A program made the translations under genes and the position numbers. Of a stretch of DNA of 51,857 bases, positions 29,682 to 38,896 are shown piece by piece. The number at the start of each line of letters is the position of its first letter. Position 1 is the first letter of the stretch. The notes below the pieces were generated by a model. The model did not search any database. It was given only the letters and a program-made list of their open reading frames with translations, and was not told where the DNA came from. This DNA comes from a virus (Duplodnaviria; Caudoviricetes). The stretch lies in IMG/VR virus record IMGVR_UViG_3300042545_000475, positions 1 to 51,857 of that record; one strand, given 5' to 3'.

Positions 29682-30863
29682 ATGCTTGGCGGTTATTCAC
29701 TAGCAAAAGCACCATTAGCAAGCCTCGGTTCAACCGGGGCTAATGCTATTGGTGCGTTTGTTTCGTTGGCTTTAACCGTCCAGTCTGGAGCGGCAACTGG
29801 TGCTGCTTTGGCTTCAGGCCTGTCGAATTCATTAGCAGCATCAAAACAACTTGGAACAGCAACTGGAACAGCAGCGGCTTCAGGCCAATCAAATAATCTT
29901 GCTGTATCTACTCAATCAGGCAGCGCATCTGGAGCGGCATCAGTTTCGGGACTATCCAACAGCCTAACAGTATCAAAACAACTTGGTTCTGCTACAGGAA
30001 CGGCATCAGCTAGTGGTCTATCTAATTCGTTGCCGTTATCGCCTCTGTCTGGATCATCAAGCGGTTCTTCGTCTGCATCTGGATTATCTAGCAGCCTGAC
30101 GATCTCAAAACAGCTGGGATCGGCGACAGGAGCAGCATTGGCATCTGGGCAGTCCAGTAACATAGTCATCGCCAAGCTTGATGGCTCATCGTCTGCGTCT
30201 GGTAACGCATCCGGCCAATCAAATAATCTTGCCATAGTTAAACTTGACGGCTCATCATCTGGGTCAGCTAATGCATCTGGAATAACCCAGAACATTACCT
30301 TGGTTAAGATGAATGGTTTTTCAACTGGAAGTGCGGTTACTTCCGGTTTAATAACCAGCATTGCATTGACTCGCCAGTTGGGATCAGGTTTTGGATCAGC
30401 GCAGGCATCAGGCCTGATGCAGTCAATTACAATATCGCCCGTACCATCAGGCTCTGCGATTGGTTCGGCGTCTGCCAGCGGCCTATCTAATGCCCTGATT
30501 TTGGCTCCTGTAGGCGGATTTGGGTCCGGGTCAGCCGTTACATCCGGCGAGATGAAATCGCTGGTCCTGTTGCCGTTTTTTGGCGCTGGTTCTGGAAGCG
30601 CAGTGGCCCTGTCAAATATGCTGCCACTTGTGCTGCAGCCGCTAGACGGTTCGGCAATTGGCACAATTATTTCGCTGCGTGCGTTCTCAGCATTATCAGA
30701 CTTCCTCACGCACTCTGTGTCAGTCACAGACTTTTTAATAAGCAGGTCAGACTTGGCAGACTCTACTACAGTCACACTGTCTACGGGCGATTCGCTTGTC
30801 ACATCAGTTGGCATGTCTGACGGCATTGTCAACACAATCGGTATTGCGGAGGGTGCTGAATAA
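29682..30863 (+). CDS. Ser/Gly/Ala repeat protein (putative virion fibre)
   Basis: ~22-aa repeats GSA.G.A.ASG.S..L.L. Confidence 0.75.
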   Translation: MLGGYSLAKAPLASLGSTGANAIGAFVSLALTVQSGAATGAALASGLSNSLAASKQLGTATGTAAASGQSNNLAVSTQSGSASGAASVSGLSNSLTVSKQLGSATGTASASGLSNSLPLSPLSGSSSGSSSASGLSSSLTISKQLGSATGAALASGQSSNIVIAKLDGSSSASGNASGQSNNLAIVKLDGSSSGSANASGITQNITLVKMNGFSTGSAVTSGLITSIALTRQLGSGFGSAQASGLMQSITISPVPSGSAIGSASASGLSNALILAPVGGFGSGSAVTSGEMKSLVLLPFFGAGSGSAVALSNMLPLVLQPLDGSAIGTIISLRAFSALSDFLTHSVSVTDFLISRSDLADSTTVTLSTGDSLVTSVGMSDGIVNTIGIAEGAE

Positions 30864-31150
30864 TGCCATACGACATTGGCGATGCAATCAGGCTTCAGGC
30901 GACATTCAGAGACGCAAGTAACAACTTGGTCGATCCAACCACTGTGACGATTGGCTACAGGACACCAGCCGGTGTCTTGACCGAATACATATACGGTGTC
31001 AGCCCGCAAGTCGAACACCCAAGTGCTGGCGTGTATTTCGTTGTGCTGATACCTTCCATGGAAGGCCTGTATTGGTATAGGTACTCATCCACTGGAACAT
31101 ACGCATCGGCTGAAGAGCGTGCGTTTTATGTGAACCCAAAGAAAGCCTAG
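30863..31150 (+). CDS. Small Ig-like virion protein (BppU N-terminal-like)
   Basis: YDIGDAIRL.ATF.D...LVDPT..GVY...G.YWYR pattern. Confidence 0.6.
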   Translation: MPYDIGDAIRLQATFRDASNNLVDPTTVTIGYRTPAGVLTEYIYGVSPQVEHPSAGVYFVVLIPSMEGLYWYRYSSTGTYASAEERAFYVNPKKA

Positions 31151-31159
31151 GAGAATGAC

Positions 31160-31675
31160 ATGGCAGGTAAAAAGATCAACCAGCTTGATGTTAAAGTACC
31201 AGTACCAACAGACCTTGTTGCTGTAGGGGATCAATTCACCGGGGTGGCCGGTAAATCCACTTGTAAGCAGGTCGTATTTGCAGGGATAAACCAGAATGCG
31301 ATGCTTATTACCAATTCATCATTTGCATACACAACCGGCTTTTTAAATCTAGTTAGCAATGCCAACAATTTGTCTCTTGGCAACGAAACAGTTCACAGGT
31401 GCTTTTCTTCTGGAAATTACGACATTACGGGAATTGCTCCACCTACAGTCGGTCCATTAGTTCCGGGTCCGGGCACCCATTTGGACGGGAGAATTATTTA
31501 TCTGATCAATACTGGAAACAGCAATATTTCACTGAAGAATCAAGACGCTTTAAGCACGGCAACCAATCGATTTATTACGCACAATGGTAATCATATCACA
31601 CTTGGTTCCGGCCATATAGTCATGGCCTTTTATGACATAGGCATTACTCGTTGGCGCATTTGGGATTTAACCTAA
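31160..31675 (+). CDS. Hypothetical virion/fibre-associated protein
   Basis: AGGAG RBS; KKINQL start; DGRIIYLIN.G motif. Confidence 0.65.
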   Translation: MAGKKINQLDVKVPVPTDLVAVGDQFTGVAGKSTCKQVVFAGINQNAMLITNSSFAYTTGFLNLVSNANNLSLGNETVHRCFSSGNYDITGIAPPTVGPLVPGPGTHLDGRIIYLINTGNSNISLKNQDALSTATNRFITHNGNHITLGSGHIVMAFYDIGITRWRIWDLT

Positions 31676-32001
31676 TGGGCTGGATTGCAAATCTATTCGG
31701 TCAGAATCCAGTCTGGGAAGGCGCACCTCGCTCTCCCAAATGGGGTGCGCTGCGTAACAGGTTTGTCAAAGAAAACCCGTTCTGTGCTGGTTGCGGCGAC
31801 ATCAAGGACCTGACCGTACACCACATAATCCCGTTCCATGTCCGCAAGGACTTGGAACTAGACGAGTGCAATCTGGTAAGCGTGTGCAACGATTGCCACT
31901 GGAATATCTGCCACTTGCGGGATTGGCGCATGGTCAATTCGCACTGCCTTGATGACCTGCTGGCTTACAAGATTCGGTACTCTGAAGCGAGAGTCAAATA
32001 A
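31675..32001 (+). CDS. HNH endonuclease
   Basis: CAGC...VHHIIP...NLVSVCNDCH. Confidence 0.88.
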   Translation: MGWIANLFGQNPVWEGAPRSPKWGALRNRFVKENPFCAGCGDIKDLTVHHIIPFHVRKDLELDECNLVSVCNDCHWNICHLRDWRMVNSHCLDDLLAYKIRYSEARVK

Positions 32002-32070
32002 GCTCTGACTTGAGAAGTGGGCCGGTTTCAATCAAAATGACATTAGGTGATCGTAAAACTGGAGCCGCCC

Positions 32071-32772
32071 ATGCTGAGTACATTTGCAGTAGCACTGCTG
32101 ACATTTGCCGAGATCAAGGCACCGGCTGAGGTCAAAACGCCGTGCAACCGACTGGCCAGAATTGAAGTCTCTTCAACCGGCAAGAACACCATTTTGATTC
32201 CGCCCCGTGGTGATTGTGACGCTTTCCAAGAGGTTGGCCCCTCTGGAAAGCTGTCATTCCGGGTAATTTGCTACAAGCCCGGCAAGTACTACCTGCACTT
32301 CGTGACTGTGGAGGGTGATGTGCCCGTGACCGCCACCACTGAGATCATAGCAGGCGATGGGAATACTCCAATTCCACCACCAGACCCCACACCCGGACCT
32401 GTCCCCACACCTCCGACACCAACACCAACACCGCCAGTGAGTGAGTGGGAGGCAACGCTCCGGGCCATCTACGGCGCTGATCAGAACGCCAACAAGTATA
32501 CCCACAGGGGATACCTTGCTGCGGCTCTGCGTCAGGCAGCAAAGCTTTGTAATGATCAGACCCTGAAGACTGCTGATCAGTTGTACACTGGTATCAAGTC
32601 GATTCAGACCGGCATCCCGACTGACAGTTTGCAGGCGCTCCGTGCGACCGTGTCCGACAAGCTTGCGGCAAGCCTTCCAGAGGAGCCTGATGCATTGCTG
32701 ACCCCAGCAGTCCGCAGCGCAACCGAAGACTTTCTGGCACGATCTGCGGCCATTTTGGAGGCAATCAAGTGA
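32071..32772 (+). CDS. Exported protein with a Pro-rich linker (lysis cassette)
   Basis: Hydrophobic N-terminus, PPPDPTPGPVPTPP linker, helical C-domain. Confidence 0.65.
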   Translation: MLSTFAVALLTFAEIKAPAEVKTPCNRLARIEVSSTGKNTILIPPRGDCDAFQEVGPSGKLSFRVICYKPGKYYLHFVTVEGDVPVTATTEIIAGDGNTPIPPPDPTPGPVPTPPTPTPTPPVSEWEATLRAIYGADQNANKYTHRGYLAAALRQAAKLCNDQTLKTADQLYTGIKSIQTGIPTDSLQALRATVSDKLAASLPEEPDALLTPAVRSATEDFLARSAAILEAIK

Positions 32773-33680
32773 GCGACATGCTGCCATTTACGCAGGGCTG
32801 GGTTGAAGACGAGCGTGCGGTTGATGAATTCCTTGGTGAATTAGCCTTTCCTGTATTCGGCGACACGCCAGCAGGCCAAGACGCTGAGGCAATCCCTGAC
32901 AAGGTTTTCCTGTGGGATGCCTGCCGCAAGGTCACAGGCGACATACTACCGGCAAGGAACCAAGGGTCAGTGGGCAGTTGCGTGAGCTTCGGAACCGTGG
33001 CCGCAATTGAGCATGTGATGTGTGCCGAGATTGCTGCGGGTGAGCGTGAGACTTTCAAGCCGTTGGTTCAAGAGTACTGCTACGGTGGATCACGGGTTGA
33101 GATCGGCGGAAAAAGGCTGCGTGGCGATGGTTCGGTTGGTGCTTGGGCTGCGAAGTTCTGCACCCAGTACGGCATCCTTGCCCGTGGCATGTACTTCAAT
33201 GGCAAGTACGATTTGAACGCCTACAACGAGGCACGGTGTCGGCAATGGGGTTCCACTGGAGCGCCTGACGACCTTGAGCCGGTTTCCAAAATTAACACTA
33301 TCACTAACGCCACACTGGTTCAAAGCTTCGACGAGGCGTGCAAGGCACTTGCGTCCGGCTATGCGATTTCATTATGCAGCAACCGTGGGTTTGCCATGCG
33401 GCGTGATGAGCAGGGGTTCGCAGGCCCGTCCGGCGTGTGGAATCACTGCATGGCCTTGGTTGGCTACAAGAAGTCTAATCGTGCGGGCGGCTTTATCCTG
33501 AACAGTTGGGGCGCTTCGGCGCACACCGGGCCGATAGGCGAAGGCAACCCCAGCCCCGCAGGCTTCTGGGCCGATGCGGATGTGGTTGATAAAATGCTCA
33601 AGCAGAAGGACAGCTGGGCCTTCGCTGGCGTGAATGGTTTTACAACCCGGCGCATCAACTGGAGAGACTTGACATGGTGA
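32769..33680 (+). CDS. Papain-like (C1 family) cysteine peptidase, putative lysis enzyme
   Basis: NQGSVGSC (Gln/Cys), NHCMALVGY (His), LNSWG (Asn). Confidence 0.88.
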   Translation: MSDMLPFTQGWVEDERAVDEFLGELAFPVFGDTPAGQDAEAIPDKVFLWDACRKVTGDILPARNQGSVGSCVSFGTVAAIEHVMCAEIAAGERETFKPLVQEYCYGGSRVEIGGKRLRGDGSVGAWAAKFCTQYGILARGMYFNGKYDLNAYNEARCRQWGSTGAPDDLEPVSKINTITNATLVQSFDEACKALASGYAISLCSNRGFAMRRDEQGFAGPSGVWNHCMALVGYKKSNRAGGFILNSWGASAHTGPIGEGNPSPAGFWADADVVDKMLKQKDSWAFAGVNGFTTRRINWRDLTW

Positions 33681-33982
33681 CCACATACCCAACCGATCTT
33701 CCTCTGGAAAGCATCGGCCTGTTGAAAGACGCTCTTCTCAATCGTGGACCCGGCAGGAACGCCGTGATCCATGCTGCGTGGGAGGTTGCAGGCTACGGCC
33801 TTGGATACACCATGCCCGTCGAGGTGGTCATGGGCGCTGGCCAGATGGGCGATGTCGAGGCCCTTGATGCGGCGCTGAATGCGTCCGACGACCCGGAGGC
33901 GAAGGCCTTCCTGCCGCCAATCGTGATCACCACCCTGATTAGCCTGTCAATTCGGCTAATCAAAAAGTACTTGGAATCCTGA
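33674..33982 (+). CDS. Hypothetical protein with a C-terminal hydrophobic helix
   Basis: Coupled ORF; LPPIVITTLISLSIRLI. Confidence 0.6.
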   Translation: MVTTYPTDLPLESIGLLKDALLNRGPGRNAVIHAAWEVAGYGLGYTMPVEVVMGAGQMGDVEALDAALNASDDPEAKAFLPPIVITTLISLSIRLIKKYLES

Positions 33983-34009
33983 CAGGCTCCCGCCCGTGGA
34001 GAGTGTTTC

Positions 34010-34276
34010 ATGGAAACTGGTGATTTCGGCAGCTTGGCTGAGAAAATCGGCGTGGCTGGTGCGGCAATCGCAGCCGTGGGCGGCGCTCTGTGGAAGTTCT
34101 TCTCGCTAATTGCGGGGAGGCACTTCAAGTTCCTCGACCGGCTTGAGGTGACGCTCGACAAAGTCGAGGTCAACCTTGACAAGATGACGCTCAACCAAGA
34201 GCGAATAGCAGAGCGACTTGGGAGGATTTCAAACCCCAAGACCAAGATGATAAAACCAGATCAGGCAAGTAGCTAA
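34010..34276 (+). CDS. Holin-like/TM coiled-coil protein
   Basis: N-terminal TM segment then coiled coil; end of the late operon. Confidence 0.5.
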   Translation: METGDFGSLAEKIGVAGAAIAAVGGALWKFFSLIAGRHFKFLDRLEVTLDKVEVNLDKMTLNQERIAERLGRISNPKTKMIKPDQASS

Positions 34277-34437
34277 TCAGCCTGCTCGACAATAACCACC
34301 CTGTTTGGTCTTGATTCAAGGCTGATCAGGGTGGCCTCTATTTTGGCATCTGGCGATATTTGATAGCTGGCAGATACTTGAACCTTGGCGTGAGCGCAAC
34401 CAGTCAAAAAAGTAGTGAACAGAAGAACAGTACGCAT
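34273..34437 (-). CDS. Small lipoprotein
   Basis: MRTVLLFTTFLTG-C lipobox; GAGGT RBS. Confidence 0.6.
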   Translation of the reverse strand: MRTVLLFTTFLTGCAHAKVQVSASYQISPDAKIEATLISLESRPNRVVIVEQAD

Positions 34438-34614
34438 GGGGCACCTCTTATATGGTGGGGTGGGCACCCTTAACATCGACCAAAAAAAATAAAAACTTGC
34501 TTAAGATTCCTTAAGAAACTTGGTAGTCTGGGAAGACTTTAGCGACGATTTGGTAAGATGGGTAAACTTTTACAGCTGTTGGGAAAAATTATGGAAAAAA
34601 TTGGCAAAGACCAC

Positions 34615-34643
34615 TTGCGCTGTGTGACCACACAGACGATACT
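34615..34643 (+). promoter_or_regulatory. Early promoter P1 with operator TGTGTGACCACACA
   Basis: TTGCGC-17-GATACT, upstream A-tracts, palindrome in the spacer; repeated at 35189 and 36621. Confidence 0.7.
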
Positions 34644-34700
34644 GAGATTGTCAGGCCAAAACGACCTGACAACAAACAACCCCAAGATGGGAGCCTAACG

Positions 34701-35120
34701 ATGAACGCTGACCTGACCGACAGACTGACCAATGATGTGCAAAAAATTTCCGAGCTTCTTTGGTCCCTTGAAGGTGAAGACTACGAATACGACCTTGATG
34801 GGTTCAAGCGTGCGCTGGATGGTTGCGATAAGGTGTGGTTGATCCTCAACTACACCCGCAATGTTTGGCTGGTTGCAGACTACAGCTACAAAGGCAGGGA
34901 GATTTGCAGTTATGCTTGGAAGCTCTTGGACCGCTACCTGTCGAGGCTGTCAGGCAGGATCAATGGCCGCAGCCCCATCCTGAAGTTGCGTGGGGCCACA
35001 GGCGACCGATATCGCAACCTGCGTGAGTCTTTGAGGGTTCTGGAATTTCAGTTCCACCAAGACGAATGTGAGAGGCTGGGGAGCAAGGTTGACACCCTGT
35101 CAGGGCTGGGAACCCTGTAA
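34701..35120 (+). CDS. Early hypothetical protein
   Basis: Preceded by the CCCAAGATGGGAG RBS hairpin. Confidence 0.75.
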   Translation: MNADLTDRLTNDVQKISELLWSLEGEDYEYDLDGFKRALDGCDKVWLILNYTRNVWLVADYSYKGREICSYAWKLLDRYLSRLSGRINGRSPILKLRGATGDRYRNLRESLRVLEFQFHQDECERLGSKVDTLSGLGTL

Positions 35121-35188
35121 ACAGGCTGGGAAACAGGCACTCGAAAGGGTGCCTGTGCCCCCCCCAAAAATAATTTTTAAAAGACCCC

Positions 35189-35217
35189 TTGCGTTGTGTG
35201 ACCACACCTGTTCTAAT
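35189..35217 (+). promoter_or_regulatory. Early promoter P2 with operator
   Basis: TTGCGT-TGTGTGACCACAC...TCTAAT. Confidence 0.6.
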
Positions 35218-35264
35218 GAACCCTGCCAAGTTGATTCAACCGAAACCCAAGATGGGAGACGACG

Positions 35265-35468
35265 ATGAAAAGCAGCTACCTGTACCGTGACATTGCCGAC
35301 GATGCGACACGCACTTTCAATCTGGTCACGCATGTGCGCTATTTGATCCTCGACAACGAGGGGAAGCACTACACTGACCCTACCGTGGATGTGGCAGGTT
35401 ATTTGATCGACGCTGAGATCGACGACACCGAGGAAAACATCGCTCTGGTTCGCACCCTTGGCGACTGA
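35265..35468 (+). CDS. Early hypothetical protein
   Basis: RBS hairpin at 35246-35258. Confidence 0.7.
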   Translation: MKSSYLYRDIADDATRTFNLVTHVRYLILDNEGKHYTDPTVDVAGYLIDAEIDDTEENIALVRTLGD

Positions 35469-35521
35469 CACACTGATGAGCCTGTAAAGGCGAAACCGCA
35501 CCATGTAGTGTGGTCTGTGTC
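35467..35521 (+). ncRNA. Type I hammerhead ribozyme
   Basis: Stem I GACACA/TGTGTC, core CTGATGA, stem II GCCT-GTAA-AGGC, GAAA, stem III CCGCAC/GTGTGG, GUC cleavage triplet (cut after 35515). Confidence 0.92.
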
Positions 35522-35551
35522 TCAAAAAACAACCCACGATGGGAGTCTCAA

Positions 35552-35833
35552 ATGTTCATTAGCACCAAGATTTCGAGCGTACAGTTGACCACGCCCCTGC
35601 ACAGGTCTTCAGGGTGGCTACCCGTTTTTGCAGTCAATGTGTCAAATTCAACGACCTACCATTACCCATGCCCTTGGAACAAATTTGATGCCCGCAGCTT
35701 GCTGCTTCGTGCGCTGTCAGACTACATAAAGAAGCACGAACTTTTTGAGGACTATACTGTCCGATCAAATGGCTGGAATAACAATGGTGACGCTATTGTG
35801 TGGGAAGTTGAAAATGCGCTTAAAGAGGTCTAA
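35552..35833 (+). CDS. Early hypothetical protein
   Basis: ATG 35552 follows the RBS hairpin at 35533-35545. Confidence 0.65.
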   Translation: MFISTKISSVQLTTPLHRSSGWLPVFAVNVSNSTTYHYPCPWNKFDARSLLLRALSDYIKKHELFEDYTVRSNGWNNNGDAIVWEVENALKEV

Positions 35834-35908
35834 AATTGCTGAAGGTTAAGCCACCCCGCTGTGGGGTGGCTTGTGGTTGGAAGTATGCACCCAAGATGGG
35901 AGTTTATC

Positions 35909-36598
35909 ATGTCCGAAGTAAGCACCGTTCACCCGTTTGAAGTTGCAGGGCTTGGTCTTGCCCCTTTCCGTTGCACAGGGCACAGCTATGAAGTTGGACC
36001 CCGTAAGCTGGCCGATGGCACCGAGGTTGGCTCTGCTGGCCAGCCTATGGGCTGTTGTGACTACTGTGGCCAAGGCATTGCCAACATTTACCACATTAAG
36101 TCTGCCGATGGTAGAAGATTCGCCGTTGGCTGTGACTGCGTGCTGAAGCTTGGTCGTGCCGACAATGTGCTGACCACACAAGTCAAGCGCCTGAAGAATC
36201 AGTTGGCCGCTAAGGCCCGTGAGACCAAGCGACTTGCAAGGCGAGAACAGCGTGAGGCTGCGATTCAGGCAGACCTTCAAGCCCAGCGTTCCGCCAATGG
36301 TGGACTAACCAACTACGAATTGAAGCAGAAGCGTGAGGCCGAAGCTCAGGCTACAACCGCAGCCGCCGCAGCCACTGACAACCTGTGGATTCTTGAGCGC
36401 CTGCCCGTGACATCTGGCTCACCGTTCATTCAAGACATGATTGCCAGATTGAAGACCAATCCGCTCTCAAATTTCTCCGAAAGGCAGCTACAGGTTCTTG
36501 GCGAAGTGTGGGCAAAAACTTGGGGCAGGCAGGGCAGTCAGGCGTGCGAAGAGGCCGCATACGAATTTGAGGTCCGTGTGTGGCCTGAAAGAGCCTGA
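35909..36598 (+). CDS. Early protein with a Zn-binding motif and coiled coil
   Basis: CDYCGQGI...VGCDC; ATG follows the RBS hairpin. Confidence 0.75.
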   Translation: MSEVSTVHPFEVAGLGLAPFRCTGHSYEVGPRKLADGTEVGSAGQPMGCCDYCGQGIANIYHIKSADGRRFAVGCDCVLKLGRADNVLTTQVKRLKNQLAAKARETKRLARREQREAAIQADLQAQRSANGGLTNYELKQKREAEAQATTAAAAATDNLWILERLPVTSGSPFIQDMIARLKTNPLSNFSERQLQVLGEVWAKTWGRQGSQACEEAAYEFEVRVWPERA

Positions 36599-36620
36599 AA
36601 AAAATCTCAAAAAAGACCCC

Positions 36621-36649
36621 TTGTGCTGTGTGACCACACATGGTTCAAT
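36621..36649 (+). promoter_or_regulatory. Early promoter P3 with operator
   Basis: TTGTGC-TGTGTGACCACACA...TTCAAT. Confidence 0.6.
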
Positions 36650-36704
36650 GGGGGTGTCAGTTCAATTCTGACCTGACACCGAACCCAAGATGGGAGTCCT
36701 GACG

Positions 36705-36938
36705 ATGAGCCTTCAACTTGTTAATGGTGCCGAAGTTGTTGCCAGCATCTGCCTGCCAGCCGACACCACTGGGGTGCTTTGCCTCTACCGTGGTCAGTAT
36801 GTGGTCTGGGCTGCGTTTTTGCCGACAGATGGCCACACCGATGGCAAATGGTACTGCGTTGATGGTGTTTACTGCGACGACCTAGCGCAGGCCCGCAGGG
36901 TCTTCTGCAACCGCTTTTTGAATGGCTGGAATGCCTAA
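36705..36938 (+). CDS. Early hypothetical protein
   Basis: RBS hairpin at 36684-36696. Confidence 0.7.
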   Translation: MSLQLVNGAEVVASICLPADTTGVLCLYRGQYVVWAAFLPTDGHTDGKWYCVDGVYCDDLAQARRVFCNRFLNGWNA

Positions 36939-37030
36939 CCAGCCCGCCCCCTAACCCCACCCGTGACAGGGGTGGGGCGTGGGGGCTGGCTGGTGCCAGT
37001 CCGTGTTTCCAATGATTGGAGTTTACGACT

Positions 37031-37462
37031 ATGCATGTCTCAATTACGACAAAATACCTGAGTCCGACCGACAGCCGTGGCGCACGCATTAGCGTGAAAG
37101 TCCATGGGCAGACATGGGCCAACAGTGGGCCGTCGAGGCGCTGCGCCCAAATTATCCCCTACAGGCATGAACTGAGTGCTGACCAAAACCACCAAGCCGC
37201 AGCCTTGCGTGTTCTGGGGACCGTACTGGGGCACAGGCAGTTGCAGGTGGCAACTACTGAGGGCGACAGGCCAACCGAGCGCATCCACTCCTGCCTGACT
37301 GGCAAATTTACACCTCTGGATGTAGCAAAATACTCTGATTTCTGGAATGGCTACACCGACAACCTGAGTGCCGACCATCAGGTGTGCAGTCAGCGAAAAT
37401 GGCTGGAAAGCTTCAATGAAAGTCAAGCAGAGGTTGGCGCTAGGTTGCGCCCGCTCAGCTGA
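37031..37462 (+). CDS. Early hypothetical protein
   Basis: ITTKYLSPTDSRGARI motif; RBS hairpin at 37009-37021. Confidence 0.7.
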   Translation: MHVSITTKYLSPTDSRGARISVKVHGQTWANSGPSRRCAQIIPYRHELSADQNHQAAALRVLGTVLGHRQLQVATTEGDRPTERIHSCLTGKFTPLDVAKYSDFWNGYTDNLSADHQVCSQRKWLESFNESQAEVGARLRPLS

Positions 37463-37486
37463 CACCAAGGATTGGAGGGTTTGAAG

Positions 37487-37813
37487 ATGAAAGTTGTAGA
37501 CTTTTTACAGGGCTACTGCTTGAGGGCTGACTGGGCAGAGCATGTGGCCCTGAGCCCAGAGTCAAGGACAAGGATTGTGGATTGGCATGGGTGCATGTTT
37601 GAGCGCACAGGCTCGACTGTCACCGTGTCAGGCTACCGAATCAATTTGACACTCAGTTTGTCCAAATTTGATTCTGAGTGGGTTATCCACGATGGTTGGA
37701 ATGACACCATCCCGCTGTCGCCGTCTGTCAGGGAGCAACACGCAAGGTGGATGGTGCTGAATGGAAGATTCAGCAAGGAGGATATTCTCAGGGACACAGG
37801 GATTCAAGTTTAA
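37487..37813 (+). CDS. Early hypothetical protein
   Basis: RBS hairpin at 37465-37477. Confidence 0.65.
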   Translation: MKVVDFLQGYCLRADWAEHVALSPESRTRIVDWHGCMFERTGSTVTVSGYRINLTLSLSKFDSEWVIHDGWNDTIPLSPSVREQHARWMVLNGRFSKEDILRDTGIQV

Positions 37814-37842
37814 TTAACACCAACGATTGGAGGTTATTGGCT

Positions 37843-38055
37843 ATGAACGCAGAGTATGAAATTCAGATTGACCTTGGCCTGCGTGGGCAGTGCTATCAGC
37901 GATTCGAGACATTCGAGAGTGCAATTGCATACGCAAGGGAATGGGGCAGGTCGTTCAGGAACGCCGAGGGAGGCGTTGTGCGTGTGCAGGTGGGCCTTGC
38001 GTCATTCGATGGTTGGTCTTTTGATGACGATGTTACCGTGGAGGGCAACCCATGA
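37843..38055 (+). CDS. Early hypothetical protein
   Basis: RBS hairpin at 37820-37832. Confidence 0.65.
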   Translation: MNAEYEIQIDLGLRGQCYQRFETFESAIAYAREWGRSFRNAEGGVVRVQVGLASFDGWSFDDDVTVEGNP

Positions 38056-38237
38056 AATACGCACAGGCTTACGCCGAGTTCAACGCCGCAAACCCACACG
38101 ACCTTGCGCCCAGCAAGTTCACAGCGTCCGATGGTAGCGTTTGGGGGCACCAGATGGTTTACGACGACGATGGTAACCTGATTGAAGAGTTTTGGATGGT
38201 TTCAAAGCCAAAGAGGAGTTCCGAAGGTGGAAAATAA
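38052..38237 (+). CDS. Hypothetical protein
   Basis: ATGA coupling; GGAGG RBS. Confidence 0.6.
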   Translation: MKYAQAYAEFNAANPHDLAPSKFTASDGSVWGHQMVYDDDGNLIEEFWMVSKPKRSSEGGK

Positions 38238-38424
38238 CTACATTGTGTTTCGCAGGTCAGCGATTTGCTTTGCATCATTTGCAAGCGCAAACAAAAAGAT
38301 CGTCTGCAAGGGACTCACCCGTGAGGAGGCCCGCCGCATGTGTTCCGAGTTCAACGACCACCGCACCCCTGCACAGATTCGCAGGGGCACCAAATTGGAA
38401 TTCGCTGCAAGGGGGGATTTCTGA
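38227..38424 (+). CDS. Hypothetical protein
   Basis: GTG after GAGGAG; GLTREEARRMC motif. Confidence 0.6.
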   Translation: MENNYIVFRRSAICFASFASANKKIVCKGLTREEARRMCSEFNDHRTPAQIRRGTKLEFAARGDF

Positions 38425-38741
38425 TGAAGCTTTCAAAGGCACAATTTAGACTGCTTAAGTACTTGAAGGATCACAACCACCCGCACAATGATCCAGCATA
38501 CTGGGGGGGCAGGCTGAAGGTTTACGACGATAGCCGCACTGGCTGGCCGCAATGCCGCAAGGTTGACGAGCGCACCGTGCTGCGCTTGTGGTCACTTGGT
38601 CTGGTAGAGTTTCCCAGCCATAGCTGGGAGGATTGCTTGGGTCGTACAGCGTTCCTGCGTGCAACCGTGCGCCTGACCCCCAAAGGTCTGGATGCATGGT
38701 TGGAAGGCTGCGAGGTGAAACCCGAATACCGCAGCCTGTAG
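38424..38741 (+). CDS. Hypothetical winged-helix-like protein
   Basis: MKLSKAQFRLL...L..LGLVE...VRLTPKG. Confidence 0.6.
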   Translation: MKLSKAQFRLLKYLKDHNHPHNDPAYWGGRLKVYDDSRTGWPQCRKVDERTVLRLWSLGLVEFPSHSWEDCLGRTAFLRATVRLTPKGLDAWLEGCEVKPEYRSL

Positions 38742-38896
38742 CACAGGCATTCCCCTGACCCCCTGTGGTGACAGCACAGGGGAGATGGGGCCTGCCTGCG
38801 TCAGGATGGGCCTGTGGGCCGTTTTGGCCGTCGTGGGTGGGGCTTTGGCCGCTTTTGGGGCCAGACCCCGCCATATCGCAAATTTAGGGGCATTCC

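Noticed and set aside
35508-35515. Half-operator GTGTGGTC
   Set aside because: Fully explained as stem III and the cleavage triplet of the hammerhead
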